DNA from: Patescibacteria group bacterium
Lineage (GTDB): Bacteria; Patescibacteriota; Minisyncoccia; Phycocordibacterales; SIBU01
Reading direction: 5' to 3'
Assembly: GCA_040390045.1 (NCBI GenBank)
Contig: JAZJZC010000003.1
Location: 115-64,114 of the forward strand
Length of the DNA stretch: 64,000 nt
The stretch's first letter is position 1; each line of letters starts with the position of its first letter. Position numbers and translations under genes: made by a program. Shown piece by piece: positions 37,303 through 46,781 of this stretch. Below the pieces are notes generated by a model. It saw only the letters and a list, made by a program, of their open reading frames with translations. It did not search any database and was not told where the DNA came from.

Positions 37303-38649
37303 ATGGAAAACGAACAGCTTTGGAACAATGTTTTGCTAGAAATTGAATTGGCTGTTTCTAAAGCCAACTTTAATACGTGGTTTAAAGACACTCGCATCCT
37401 AAAACAGGAGGAGGGGGTAGTGTTTATTTCTGTGCCTAACGCTTTCGCAAAAGACTGGCTTTTTAACAAATACCATAAGACTGTTTTGAAGTCCCTACGG
37501 ACCCTGGCGGAAAATGTTCGAGCTCTTGAGTACGTTATAGCCAAAGATGATGGCAAACGAAGAGAGGTTGAGCCGGTGAGAAGCCCGAGTGCAAGCCCCG
37601 CTGCACAATTACCACTTCAAGATTTTTACATCGACAAAGATAACAACTTAAACCCAAAATACACCTTCGAATCCTTTGTTGTTGGACCTTTCAACGAACT
37701 TGCGCACGCAGCGGCTCAGGCGGTTGCTAAAAAACCTGGTAGCGCCTACAACCCTTTGTTTATCTACGGCAACACCGGCCACGGAAAAACTCACCTCATC
37801 CAAGCGGTAGGAAATTTCATAAAAAACCAAAACGCCGGCAAAAAAATTTTTTATGTCACCTCAGAAAAATTTGCAATTGATTACGTAAACGCCGTTCAAG
37901 TAAACAAAGTAAATCTTTTTAAGGAAAAATACCGAAAATATGACGTCCTTATCATGGACGACATTCAATTTTTCTCAAATAAAGAAAAAACTCAAGAGGA
38001 ACTTTTCCATTTGTTTAATAATCTCCACGAAAACAACAAACAAATTATATTTTCTTCTGATAAACACCCAAACTTTATACCAAACCTTGAGGACCGTTTA
38101 AAATCTCGTTTTTCCGCCGGCATGATTATTGACATTCCGACGCCTGATAGGGAATCGCGTTTAGCTATTCTTAAAACGAAAGCTCTTCTATCATCCGTTC
38201 ATATCGCTGACGACGTTTTAGAACACCTAGCCACTGCTATCGAGGGAAACATTCGCGAGCTTGAGGGAATGCTAAATGTTTTGGTCTGTCAATCACAACT
38301 GAAAGGTAAGGAACTTGGCTTAAGTGAAGTGAGAAATCTCATAAAAAATAGCTCGAAACCTAAAAAGGCTATTTCTGTAAAAGAAGTAACCAAAGCCGTG
38401 GCCAGCTTTTTTAATATTGAAGAATCAGACATCTACGAAAAAACCCGCAGGAAGGAAGTGGTGAAGCCGCGTCAGTTAGTTATGTACATTTTACGAGAAG
38501 ATTTTCGAATTTCTTATCCTTTAATCGGGCAGAAGCTCGGTGGACGCGATCACACAACCGTCATTCACTCCTGTGAGAAAATAAAAGAGGAGTTAAAATC
38601 AAATCCGGCCTTAATTCAAGAGATTGATCAGATCCGAACACTGCTTTAA
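37303..38649 (+). CDS. dnaA: Chromosomal replication initiator protein DnaA
   Basis: Walker A GNTGHGKTHL, C-terminal DnaA-box binding domain. Confidence 0.95.
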   Translation: MENEQLWNNVLLEIELAVSKANFNTWFKDTRILKQEEGVVFISVPNAFAKDWLFNKYHKTVLKSLRTLAENVRALEYVIAKDDGKRREVEPVRSPSASPAAQLPLQDFYIDKDNNLNPKYTFESFVVGPFNELAHAAAQAVAKKPGSAYNPLFIYGNTGHGKTHLIQAVGNFIKNQNAGKKIFYVTSEKFAIDYVNAVQVNKVNLFKEKYRKYDVLIMDDIQFFSNKEKTQEELFHLFNNLHENNKQIIFSSDKHPNFIPNLEDRLKSRFSAGMIIDIPTPDRESRLAILKTKALLSSVHIADDVLEHLATAIEGNIRELEGMLNVLVCQSQLKGKELGLSEVRNLIKNSSKPKKAISVKEVTKAVASFFNIEESDIYEKTRRKEVVKPRQLVMYILREDFRISYPLIGQKLGGRDHTTVIHSCEKIKEELKSNPALIQEIDQIRTLL

Positions 38650-38862
38650 AAATTTTTAGGGGGATAAGAAGGGGAAAAGTCGGGAACAGTCTGGGGAAAA
38701 GTTTATGAAAAAATTAAAACGAAAAAATTCTTCACAACCACAAGTCAGTTTCGCACACCTTATACTTTTAAGAATTCAATAAAAACCCTTACCCAGCAAC
38801 ACAAGCCGCCAAAACAATGTTATCCCCAAGGTTAGTAGTAGTAATATATTTAATATAGACAT
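38650..38862. promoter_or_regulatory. dnaA-dnaN spacer with DnaA-box-like sites (second oriC candidate)
   Basis: TGTTATCCCCA (one mismatch to TTATCCACA), AACCACAAG. Confidence 0.35.
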
Positions 38863-39963
38863 ATGAAAATAGAGTGTGCACAAAACAAATTGCAGCAAGT
38901 GTTACAACAAGCTGAAAAAATTGCTGGAAGAAATTTAAATCTCCCTGTTCTTTCCTGTGTTCTTCTTGAAGCTAAAAAAGGTCAGCTCACGATTCGCTCC
39001 ACCAATCTTGATTTAGGGTTTGAAGCTGTAGTACCTGCAAAAATCGACGCCGAAGGCGTTCTTGCTGTTCCAGCTGCTGTGTTGAACTCCACTATTGCCA
39101 GTATTCCAAATGAAAAAAGTGTTAAATTTGAAAATACTGAATTAAACCTTACGATTACCACCAACAAAAGTAAAAGTACTATCAAATGCATGCCAACTGA
39201 AGATTTTCCAACCATACCCATGTTGGAAAAAACTCAATACTGCGAAATGCCAGCGGCAGACTTCGTAAAAGGCTTGAAGGCTGTTTGGTACAGCTCGTCG
39301 GTTTCCAGTATCAAACCAGAACTTTCAAGTGTTTGTATTTATTCGGAGGACGGAAGCTTAATTTTTGTGGCCACTGACTCATTCCGACTCGCTGAAAAAA
39401 AAGTGAAAACTAAAATTACTAAAGATTTTGAAAAAGTCTTGATTCCATTTAAAAATATTTCTGAAATTATTCGAACTTTAGAAAAAGCAGAAGGCAGTAT
39501 GGAAATTCGATTCAGCAAACATCAAATCGCCTTCGTGTTTAACGGAACCTACCTCACTTCTCGAGTTATCGATGGTAGTTTTCCTGATTACCATCAAATT
39601 ATTCCTAAGGAATTTAAAACCGAAGCGGTGCTTTTGAAAGAGGATCTCGTCCAGTCGCTCAAAGTCAGTACGATTTTTTCTGACTCCTTTAATCAGGTGA
39701 ATGTAGCGCTTGATCCAGAAGCCAAAAAATTTCAACTGACCACCAAAAACGTTTCTTTGGGAGAAAACAGCACCAAACTCGACGCCGCGCTTTCCGGCGA
39801 CCCTGCCGAAGCTAACTTTAATTTTCGTTATATCAACGACTGCTTGCAATCAATCGACTCAGACAGCCTTTCCCTCTCGTTTGCTGGTCCAAGCCGTCCT
39901 GTGGTCATCCGGGGCGTCTCTGATAAGAGTTTTACCTATCTCGTGATGCCGATGAATAAATAA
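38863..39963 (+). CDS. dnaN: DNA polymerase III beta sliding clamp
   Basis: 366 aa, three-domain clamp pattern, immediately after dnaA. Confidence 0.9.
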   Translation: MKIECAQNKLQQVLQQAEKIAGRNLNLPVLSCVLLEAKKGQLTIRSTNLDLGFEAVVPAKIDAEGVLAVPAAVLNSTIASIPNEKSVKFENTELNLTITTNKSKSTIKCMPTEDFPTIPMLEKTQYCEMPAADFVKGLKAVWYSSSVSSIKPELSSVCIYSEDGSLIFVATDSFRLAEKKVKTKITKDFEKVLIPFKNISEIIRTLEKAEGSMEIRFSKHQIAFVFNGTYLTSRVIDGSFPDYHQIIPKEFKTEAVLLKEDLVQSLKVSTIFSDSFNQVNVALDPEAKKFQLTTKNVSLGENSTKLDAALSGDPAEANFNFRYINDCLQSIDSDSLSLSFAGPSRPVVIRGVSDKSFTYLVMPMNK

Positions 39964-40093
39964 ATATAGCAAGCTACTAATCAAACTAACACCACTAATA
40001 ACTACCAACAAAAAAGAGCAGAGTTAACACCCATTATTTGTAACCCAATACTTAGACTTAATCTTAATAAAATCTTAAAATAATTTACTATTT

Positions 40094-40495
40094 ATGGAAA
40101 AGCTAGAAAAGAATCCGGAAGGAGTTGAATTGCAAAGAGTCGTTGAAGATTTTGATCAAACAATGGGGTCTGGAAATCTTCAAACTGTCGAAAAATTCAA
40201 AGAAATTTGTAAGTATAGAGCTCAACTTGTTCGTCAAAACATAGTATCTCTGGGAGAGTGGGGGAAGCAAGATCTTTTAAAAGAAGCGTCCAGGTTAGAG
40301 AAGGCCGCAAATGGAGACGTTGATGAACTAGTTGCTGAGGCAATGGGACATGCGCGTGCCCATAATTCGACGCGTGAAATACCTACCATATTACAAAAGA
40401 ACCGATCTAAATCACAAGAAGATCAGGAAGCAGTTACAGCGGAGAAAACATGGAAGCGTCTCGCAAGATTGGTAAAAAAACCTGTTCAATCTTAA
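40094..40495 (+). CDS. Hypothetical protein
   Basis: 133-aa ORF, charged; no recognisable motif. Confidence 0.4.
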   Translation: MEKLEKNPEGVELQRVVEDFDQTMGSGNLQTVEKFKEICKYRAQLVRQNIVSLGEWGKQDLLKEASRLEKAANGDVDELVAEAMGHARAHNSTREIPTILQKNRSKSQEDQEAVTAEKTWKRLARLVKKPVQS

Positions 40496-40543
40496 AAAAT
40501 TAGTACATTAAATTATCATCTGTATATTTAGTGTTCCATTTCT

Positions 40544-40801
40544 ATGGAAAAAATTTCCTTCTTCTTAGAAAAATTCAAAACGCTCGGGCTCGGAGATATT
40601 CTCACTAAAAGATTGTTTGCAGAACAAGTCGAAAAAGTTCTGAATATTAAACTCAACAAAGACGATGTGTCTTTGAGAGACGGCGTTATCTACGTCAAAG
40701 CTCACCCGGTTTTGAAGAGCGAGTTGTATATGAAAAAACAGCTCGTTATCGACGAACTCTCAAAAGTTTTGGGCTCGGTCAAGATTACTGGCCTACGCTA
40801 G
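40544..40801 (+). CDS. DUF721/DciA-like small protein (possible helicase-loader family)
   Basis: 85 aa with C-terminal pattern DGVIYVKAHPVLKSELYMKKQLVIDEL; typical position downstream of dnaN. Confidence 0.45.
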   Translation: MEKISFFLEKFKTLGLGDILTKRLFAEQVEKVLNIKLNKDDVSLRDGVIYVKAHPVLKSELYMKKQLVIDELSKVLGSVKITGLR

Positions 40802-43316
40802 TGTTAACGCTAAAGGTTATTTTAGTTTCTCCTCGATTAAGCTCAGTGTCGTAGGCAACAACGCGCAATTCATTTTCCGGTTTCAGATTTTCAATCGATG
40901 ATGGAGTGAACACAAAACTCCACGGCGCGCGCGCCGCTGACCCAACAAAGTTGCCGTTAATGAAATAATCAACTTTTGATATCGGGAATCTTCCTAAAAT
41001 GTTTACACTAACTGCAATTGGTTGATTTTTAGGGTACGAAACTCCAGCGCTGGGGCTTGAGACGTAAATTTGTGGCGCTAATCCAGGTGCATGCATTGAG
41101 TCACTGCCGAGTGGAATAACTGAACTATTTTCATTCTGGAATCCATTTTCCGCTCCCCATTTTTGGACTGCGTATTCCCACGATTTAAATTGAGGGTCGT
41201 CTCCGGGGTTCGTAGGTGCAGGACCGGTTGGATTATTTTTATCCACCCAATACAAAATTGAATGCAAATTTTTAACCACCCGTTCTTCCTTCATTTCTGG
41301 CGGAGTAAATTCCGTCGCTAGTTCGCCTGTCGGTTTGTTGACGAAGTACGATTGATTTCCTTGCCAGAAGCCAGCAAGCGCGGGCTTTAGGGTGGTCTTG
41401 TCGATTGGTGCGGGTTTTTTGAATGTTTCTACTGGGTAATTTTTTAATGCCGCTTGCGTTACCGCGTTCCAAAATGGCGCCACAATGAAACCGGCAATTT
41501 TTTTCTCCATCGGGCTGTTATTGTTGTTACCTGCCCACGCACCGATCACAAGGTTTGGGGTGTACCCAAGTATCCATGCGTCTTTGTAATCATTTGTAGT
41601 ACCCGTTTTGACTGCTACAGGCCGGCTCTCAATGTAGAGTGCCGAATGCTCACCGAATTCTGGCGCACGCGCCGCATTGTCACTTAAAACGTCATTCATA
41701 AGTAGCGCGGTTTGTTCAGGTAACACTTGAACGGGGTGAGGTTCAAATTCTTCTAAAACTGTTCCCGATTTATCTTCAACTTTTAAAATACTGGCATATG
41801 GGTTTCGAGTGCCGTTGTCAGCGAAGACCGAATACGCGCTTGTCATATCAAGGAGCGAAACCTCTCCACCTCCCAAAACCAAGGTGAGTCCGTATTGCCC
41901 GACGTTGGTCAGACTTTCGATACCCATATCTTTCGCCAAGTGTAGTGAATCTTTAAGTCCAGCAAGATAAAGGACTTGGATAGCGGGAATATTTCTTGAT
42001 TGTGCCAGCGCATCACGGAAACTAATTGGACCTAAATATTTACCGTCAAAGTTTACTGGCATGTAACACTTATCCTCATTACCCGCCAGTATTGGCGTAC
42101 CGTCAGGATTACACTCAGTGTCAAATTCAGTTGGTATATCAAAGACTGCGGTGTCTGGAGTGTAGCCTTTGTTGAAGGCTTCCGAATACACAATCGGTTT
42201 AAAGGATGAACCTGGCTGACGGTGAGCGAGGGCGACGTTAAAGTTACCATCAATATCTTTGTCAAAGTAGTCGCGCGAACCGACCATGGTTAAAATTTGC
42301 CCAGTTTTAGGGTCGATGGCAACCAGAGAAAGATTTTCTGCGTTAAATTTTTTCTTATTCTCTAGTGCATATTTTTTAGCAAGTTCCTCAGCAGTTTTTT
42401 CTAGGTTGTAGTCGAGTGTAGTGATAACTTTGAGCCCACCCTGTTCAACCATGTCTCTACCGTAGGTTTCTTCAAGGTACTGTCTGACATACATCACAAA
42501 GTGCGGCGCCTTTATGCCAATACTTTCCTGCTCTTTCCAGGTGACCTTCTCAAGTTTGGCTTTGGCGTACTCATCTTCATTGATGAAATTTTTTTCCAAC
42601 ATTTTTGATAAAACCAAATTTTTTCGATCTTCCAATCGTTGCGTATTGTTGCCGTACGGTGAGTAAAAAGTCGGAGCATTTGGAAGCGACGCGAGGTACG
42701 CCGCTTCAGCGATGCTAAGATCGGCAGCTTTTTTGCCAAAATAAGTTTCGCTCGCTTCCTCAATTCCGTACACGGTTCCACCGTAGGGAACTTCATTTAA
42801 ATAAATATCCAAAATTTCAGTTTTCGAAAGCACTCGCTCAAGTTTAACCGCCAAAACCCACTCTTTTAGTTTTCTGGAAATGGTTTTTTCAGTAGTGAGC
42901 AGAGAATTTTTGACGACCTGTTGGGTTATGGTTGAACCTCCTTGGGAAAGTTTTCCGTCTTTGAGGTTAACCCACACCGCGCGCAAGAAAGACAAGGGCT
43001 TAATACCATTGTGTTCGTAAAATTCGCTATCCTCGATGGCCACCGTGGCATTTTTAATATTCAAAGAAATTTCGCTGTCGGGCACCACGCTTCGCTTGAT
43101 ACCTTGATTTAAATCATACAAAAGAACCTCGCCGGTCCGGTCGTAAATTTTTGTCGATTCGCTCACCTTCCGTTCGTTAAACGAAGAGAGGTCGGGAATT
43201 TTGAAGGTCGAAACCCAAAAAAATAGTCCACCCCCAACAAAAAGTCCGAATACTAGGGAGGCAAGGATGATTTCTTTGACGTGATGTTTGCGTAATTTTA
43301 TTTTTTTTCTTCGCAT
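40785..43316 (-). CDS. Class A penicillin-binding protein (PBP1A; transglycosylase + transpeptidase)
   Basis: GT51 motif AIEDSEFYEHNGI, transpeptidase SxxK (PGSSFKP), N-terminal TM anchor. Confidence 0.9.
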   Translation of the reverse strand: MRRKKIKLRKHHVKEIILASLVFGLFVGGGLFFWVSTFKIPDLSSFNERKVSESTKIYDRTGEVLLYDLNQGIKRSVVPDSEISLNIKNATVAIEDSEFYEHNGIKPLSFLRAVWVNLKDGKLSQGGSTITQQVVKNSLLTTEKTISRKLKEWVLAVKLERVLSKTEILDIYLNEVPYGGTVYGIEEASETYFGKKAADLSIAEAAYLASLPNAPTFYSPYGNNTQRLEDRKNLVLSKMLEKNFINEDEYAKAKLEKVTWKEQESIGIKAPHFVMYVRQYLEETYGRDMVEQGGLKVITTLDYNLEKTAEELAKKYALENKKKFNAENLSLVAIDPKTGQILTMVGSRDYFDKDIDGNFNVALAHRQPGSSFKPIVYSEAFNKGYTPDTAVFDIPTEFDTECNPDGTPILAGNEDKCYMPVNFDGKYLGPISFRDALAQSRNIPAIQVLYLAGLKDSLHLAKDMGIESLTNVGQYGLTLVLGGGEVSLLDMTSAYSVFADNGTRNPYASILKVEDKSGTVLEEFEPHPVQVLPEQTALLMNDVLSDNAARAPEFGEHSALYIESRPVAVKTGTTNDYKDAWILGYTPNLVIGAWAGNNNNSPMEKKIAGFIVAPFWNAVTQAALKNYPVETFKKPAPIDKTTLKPALAGFWQGNQSYFVNKPTGELATEFTPPEMKEERVVKNLHSILYWVDKNNPTGPAPTNPGDDPQFKSWEYAVQKWGAENGFQNENSSVIPLGSDSMHAPGLAPQIYVSSPSAGVSYPKNQPIAVSVNILGRFPISKVDYFINGNFVGSAARAPWSFVFTPSSIENLKPENELRVVAYDTELNRGETKITFSVNTSVGQ

Positions 43317-43382
43317 GCAGGTTTACATAATACCACGAGCGCGAGGGGATTTTTAGAGGGAGGTTGTGTTAAAATAAACGCC

Positions 43383-44585
43383 ATGGAAAATCAAGAAAAA
43401 ATTGAAGAGCTTTTGACCCGAGGAGTGGAAAAGGTTTACCCAACCAAAGAATTTTTACGTGACCGGCTTTTGAAGGGAGAAAAACTCTCGATCTACTTCG
43501 GTATTGATCCAACCGGCCCTGCGCTTCACATTGGTCATGCGGTCAATCTACTTAAACTACGCGAATTTCAAGACTTAGGGCATAAAATAATCATTCTATA
43601 CGGCGGGTTTACGGCCCAGATTGGCGATCCGACGGGGAAAGGGGAGGCGCGCCAGCAACTAACCGCTGAACAGGTTAAAAAAAATACTCTTGCCTACAAA
43701 AAAATGATCGGCAAGATTTTAGATTTGAAAAAAGCCAACATCAGATTTTTGGATAATGAAAAGTGGAGTAATAAATTAAAACCAGTTGACCTCATTGCGT
43801 TAACTTCTCATTTTACGGTAGCTCAAGTGCTTGAACGCGACATGTTCCAAGAGCGCATAAAACAAGGAAAAGAAATTTACCTCCACGAATTTTTGTACCC
43901 ACTGTTCCAGGCATACGACGCGGTGACCATGGATGTTGATATTCAAATTGGCGGTAATGATCAGACCTTCAACATGCTCGCCGGTAGAACCCTGATGCGG
44001 AAAATGAAAAACAAGGAAAATTCTGTTATTTCCATGAAGTTGCTCGTTGATCCAACGGGCAAAAAAATGGGAAAAAGCGAGGGTAACATGGTAACGCTCG
44101 ATGAAAGTCCAGAAGAAATGTTCGGCAAGGTCATGAGTTGGCCTGACGGCATGATTTTGCCGGCGTTTGAATTGTGCACCAAGGTTGCCACTTCCAAAAT
44201 TGCAGAAATAAAAATTAAACTCGACGCTGGCCAAAATCCCAAGGAAGCTAAACTTATGTTAGCAGAACAGATTGCCGCTATTTATCATGGCGAAAAAAAA
44301 GCCGCACAAGCGCGCGAAAGTTTTCAAAAAACTTTTAGCCGAGGAGAATTACCGACCGATGTTCCAGAATTTAAAGCTCAGGCTGGCAGTTTTCTTTCAG
44401 ACTCTCTGTTGACCGCTGGAGTGATCGCTTCCAAATCTGAATGGCGCCGACTTGTTGGAGAAAATGCTGTTGGTGAGATTGCGTCTGATGGGGCAATCTC
44501 TAAAATTTCTGATTTTAATTTTAAAATTGAAAAATCTGCGGTTTTCAAAATCGGTAAGCATCGATTTCTAAAAGTTTTAATTTAA
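43383..44585 (+). CDS. tyrS: Tyrosyl-tRNA synthetase
   Basis: HIGH (ALHIGHAV), KMGKS, C-terminal S4-like domain; 400 aa. Confidence 0.9.
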   Translation: MENQEKIEELLTRGVEKVYPTKEFLRDRLLKGEKLSIYFGIDPTGPALHIGHAVNLLKLREFQDLGHKIIILYGGFTAQIGDPTGKGEARQQLTAEQVKKNTLAYKKMIGKILDLKKANIRFLDNEKWSNKLKPVDLIALTSHFTVAQVLERDMFQERIKQGKEIYLHEFLYPLFQAYDAVTMDVDIQIGGNDQTFNMLAGRTLMRKMKNKENSVISMKLLVDPTGKKMGKSEGNMVTLDESPEEMFGKVMSWPDGMILPAFELCTKVATSKIAEIKIKLDAGQNPKEAKLMLAEQIAAIYHGEKKAAQARESFQKTFSRGELPTDVPEFKAQAGSFLSDSLLTAGVIASKSEWRRLVGENAVGEIASDGAISKISDFNFKIEKSAVFKIGKHRFLKVLI

Positions 44586-44588
44586 AAA

Positions 44589-44633
44589 GGTCAAAAGAAA
44601 AACTCCCCTGGGCGGGGAGTTTTTCTTTTGACC
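44589..44633. terminator. Perfect 20-bp-arm palindromic bidirectional terminator after tyrS
   Basis: GGTCAAAAGAAAAACTCCCC tgggc GGGGAGTTTTTCTTTTGACC. Confidence 0.7.
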
Positions 44634-44735
44634 TTAGATTAGGTCTGCTTCCTCAGTATCAATGTCCGGAGAAGCTTCTTCTACATCATCCATTAAATTT
44701 GGATCAAGTGGCTTGTTGTCGTCTTCGCTTTCCAT
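44634..44735 (-). CDS. Possible 33-aa highly acidic peptide (MESEDDNKPLDPNLMDDVEEASPDIDTEEADLI)
   Basis: Hand-translated ORF; its stop codon abuts the terminator palindrome; below the ORF-track cutoff. Confidence 0.2.
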   Translation of the reverse strand: MESEDDNKPLDPNLMDDVEEASPDIDTEEADLI

Positions 44736-44785
44736 AGTTTAAAATTAACTACTAATTTCTATCGATTGTTTTCTCTCGAGCAAAT

Positions 44786-44986
44786 TTATTTTCGATGAAA
44801 CAATCGCTCGTGCCATAGTTTTATCAGATATAAATTTTTTTGCAAATCTACGCAAGCTGTGGATAAATGGCGCTCGGGCAGTTTTGGGAAAATGCGTGCT
44901 TCGGCAACACGGAAATCATAGTCGTTTCGTAACGAAAAACTCATAAGTCGCTTCGCTTCTGCGGCCAACTTCGTTTTTCTACTCAA
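44786..44986 (-). CDS. Hypothetical small basic protein
   Basis: 66-aa ORF only; contains a perfect DnaA-box 9-mer TGTGGATAA at 44851-44859 (probably chance). Confidence 0.3.
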   Translation of the reverse strand: MSRKTKLAAEAKRLMSFSLRNDYDFRVAEARIFPKLPERHLSTACVDLQKNLYLIKLWHERLFHRK

Positions 44987-45051
44987 CTCCTTGATTTCCG
45001 TGTCGCCTTTCGCAATGCATTTCCAAAACTGCCCTCGCTAAGATACCGATG

Positions 45052-45672
45052 TTAAGAAACATCGGTAGGCAGAGGTGTCTGTGGTTTTGCTATAGTTTTT
45101 CTTCTGAAGAAACAAATATTCCACACGGTGGTATTGGCCACAACAAGAGTTGTCAGGTATGCGGAAGTTAGAAAATTATATTTATTACTCATTGCTAGTG
45201 CTAGCATGCTGGTTGCGGTCATTATTCCCCAGTAAGAGAGAGTCTCGCTCCACGGTTCTTCAAAGGATTTTCTGAATGTTGGCAGGTAACCAAGTCCATC
45301 AATTATTGAAATCATTAGTACCGAAAGCCAAGGGTTTCTTAGCCACCACCACACTACTACGGCCGCTAAGGCAGAGATGAGTACGAACGTGTCGCTTTTG
45401 GTGATGTTTTTGGTACCATATTTAAAAGCTAATAAAAAAACTAAAACTACTAGGATATTTCCAACGATGAGACTAAAAGTTCCATAATTTCCTCCTCCAC
45501 CTTTTAGAAAAGCTACTGTTGCAGTAATTTGAGTAATAACCCAAATTAACCACGTGTACAAATGAGGCTTTGTTTTTCTAAGAAAAATATCCCGAACATA
45601 AGGAACAAATCCAACTATGGTTAGAATTCCAGTGAGCAAAGATAGTAACAACTTAAAATTAAAATTTTCCAT
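45052..45672 (-). CDS. Hypothetical 5-6 TM membrane protein
   Basis: 206 aa, multiple hydrophobic helices, overlaps ruvC by 14 nt (operon). Confidence 0.5.
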   Translation of the reverse strand: MENFNFKLLLSLLTGILTIVGFVPYVRDIFLRKTKPHLYTWLIWVITQITATVAFLKGGGGNYGTFSLIVGNILVVLVFLLAFKYGTKNITKSDTFVLISALAAVVVWWWLRNPWLSVLMISIIDGLGYLPTFRKSFEEPWSETLSYWGIMTATSMLALAMSNKYNFLTSAYLTTLVVANTTVWNICFFRRKTIAKPQTPLPTDVS

Positions 45673-46153
45673 TAGTTATTTTTGTTTTTTCCCTCGCAAA
45701 GTAGGTAAGTCCCAGGGCGATTGCGTCATATTCATCATCCTCTTTGATCTTTTTTCCAACAACTAAAAGTTTTTCCACCATAAATTTCACTTGAGCCTTG
45801 TCACTTCTGCCGTAGCCAGTCACCGCCACCTTTACTTCAAGTGGGGTGTATTCTTTTATAGACAAATCTCCTCGCGTGCATTCATAGATAATCACCCCCC
45901 GAGCTTCAGAGACACGCATAGCCGTTTTTTGATTGTCAGCAAAAAACAATTTCTCAATAGCCAAAGCTTTCGGTTTGTATTTTTCAATTATTTTTTCAAT
46001 TTCTTTTCCAAGATTACACAGGCGAACTTCTACGGCATCACTTCGTTTGGTTTTAAAACACTCTGAAAAAATCAGAATTTCTTTTCCATTTATTTTTTCA
46101 ACCACTGCCACCCCCATTTTTTCGTACCCTGGATCGACTGCTAAAATTTTCAT
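45659..46153 (-). CDS. ruvC: Holliday junction resolvase RuvC
   Basis: MKILAVDPGYEKMGVAVVE… RNase-H fold signature, 164 aa. Confidence 0.85.
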   Translation of the reverse strand: MKILAVDPGYEKMGVAVVEKINGKEILIFSECFKTKRSDAVEVRLCNLGKEIEKIIEKYKPKALAIEKLFFADNQKTAMRVSEARGVIIYECTRGDLSIKEYTPLEVKVAVTGYGRSDKAQVKFMVEKLLVVGKKIKEDDEYDAIALGLTYFAREKTKITNGKF

Positions 46154-46180
46154 AATTGAAAATGCTGCGCGTTACACTTT

Positions 46181-46708
46181 TTACTCAGCATTAGTGAAGA
46201 CTTCCTGCACTTCGTCGTTATCTTCGAGTTCTTCAACCAGTTTTCCTAAAAGTTGTAAGTCCGATTCTTCAAGTGGAATTGTGGTTGTTGGTTTCCAACT
46301 CATACCTTCTTTGGCAAAAGCCCAGGTCGCGCTTCCCATGCCAGCCAATTCAAAACCATGTTTGGAAAGGATGAATTTAATTTCTTGGGCAGCTTTGTTG
46401 CGATTGTCGGTCAGCGCTTCAATGATGAGCGCCGATCCTCCAGGGCCATAGGCTTCATAGGTAATTGAATCCATTATCGCCGAACTATCCGTAGCTTTTT
46501 TGATAGCTCGCTCGATATTTTCATTCGGCATATTTTCCGCTCGGGCTTTTTCAATTGTGGCTCGTAACCCCGGTGCGTCTCGGTTACCTTTAGCTTTCTT
46601 ACTTTCGGCAGTAATTAACCTGGCGTACTTGCTAAACGTCTTGCTCTTTTGAGCATCGGTTACACCTTTTTGTCTCTTAATTTGTGACCATTTATTATGT
46701 CCGGACAT
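46181..46708 (-). CDS. yebC: YebC/PmpR family DNA-binding regulatory protein (short form)
   Basis: MSGHNKWSQIKRQKG… family signature. Confidence 0.85.
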   Translation of the reverse strand: MSGHNKWSQIKRQKGVTDAQKSKTFSKYARLITAESKKAKGNRDAPGLRATIEKARAENMPNENIERAIKKATDSSAIMDSITYEAYGPGGSALIIEALTDNRNKAAQEIKFILSKHGFELAGMGSATWAFAKEGMSWKPTTTIPLEESDLQLLGKLVEELEDNDEVQEVFTNAE

Positions 46709-46781
46709 GGGGAAGTTGTTAGTTAGTAGTTCGTAGTGAGTAGTATAGGAGAAAAAATAGAAAAAACCAATTCATGGCTTT

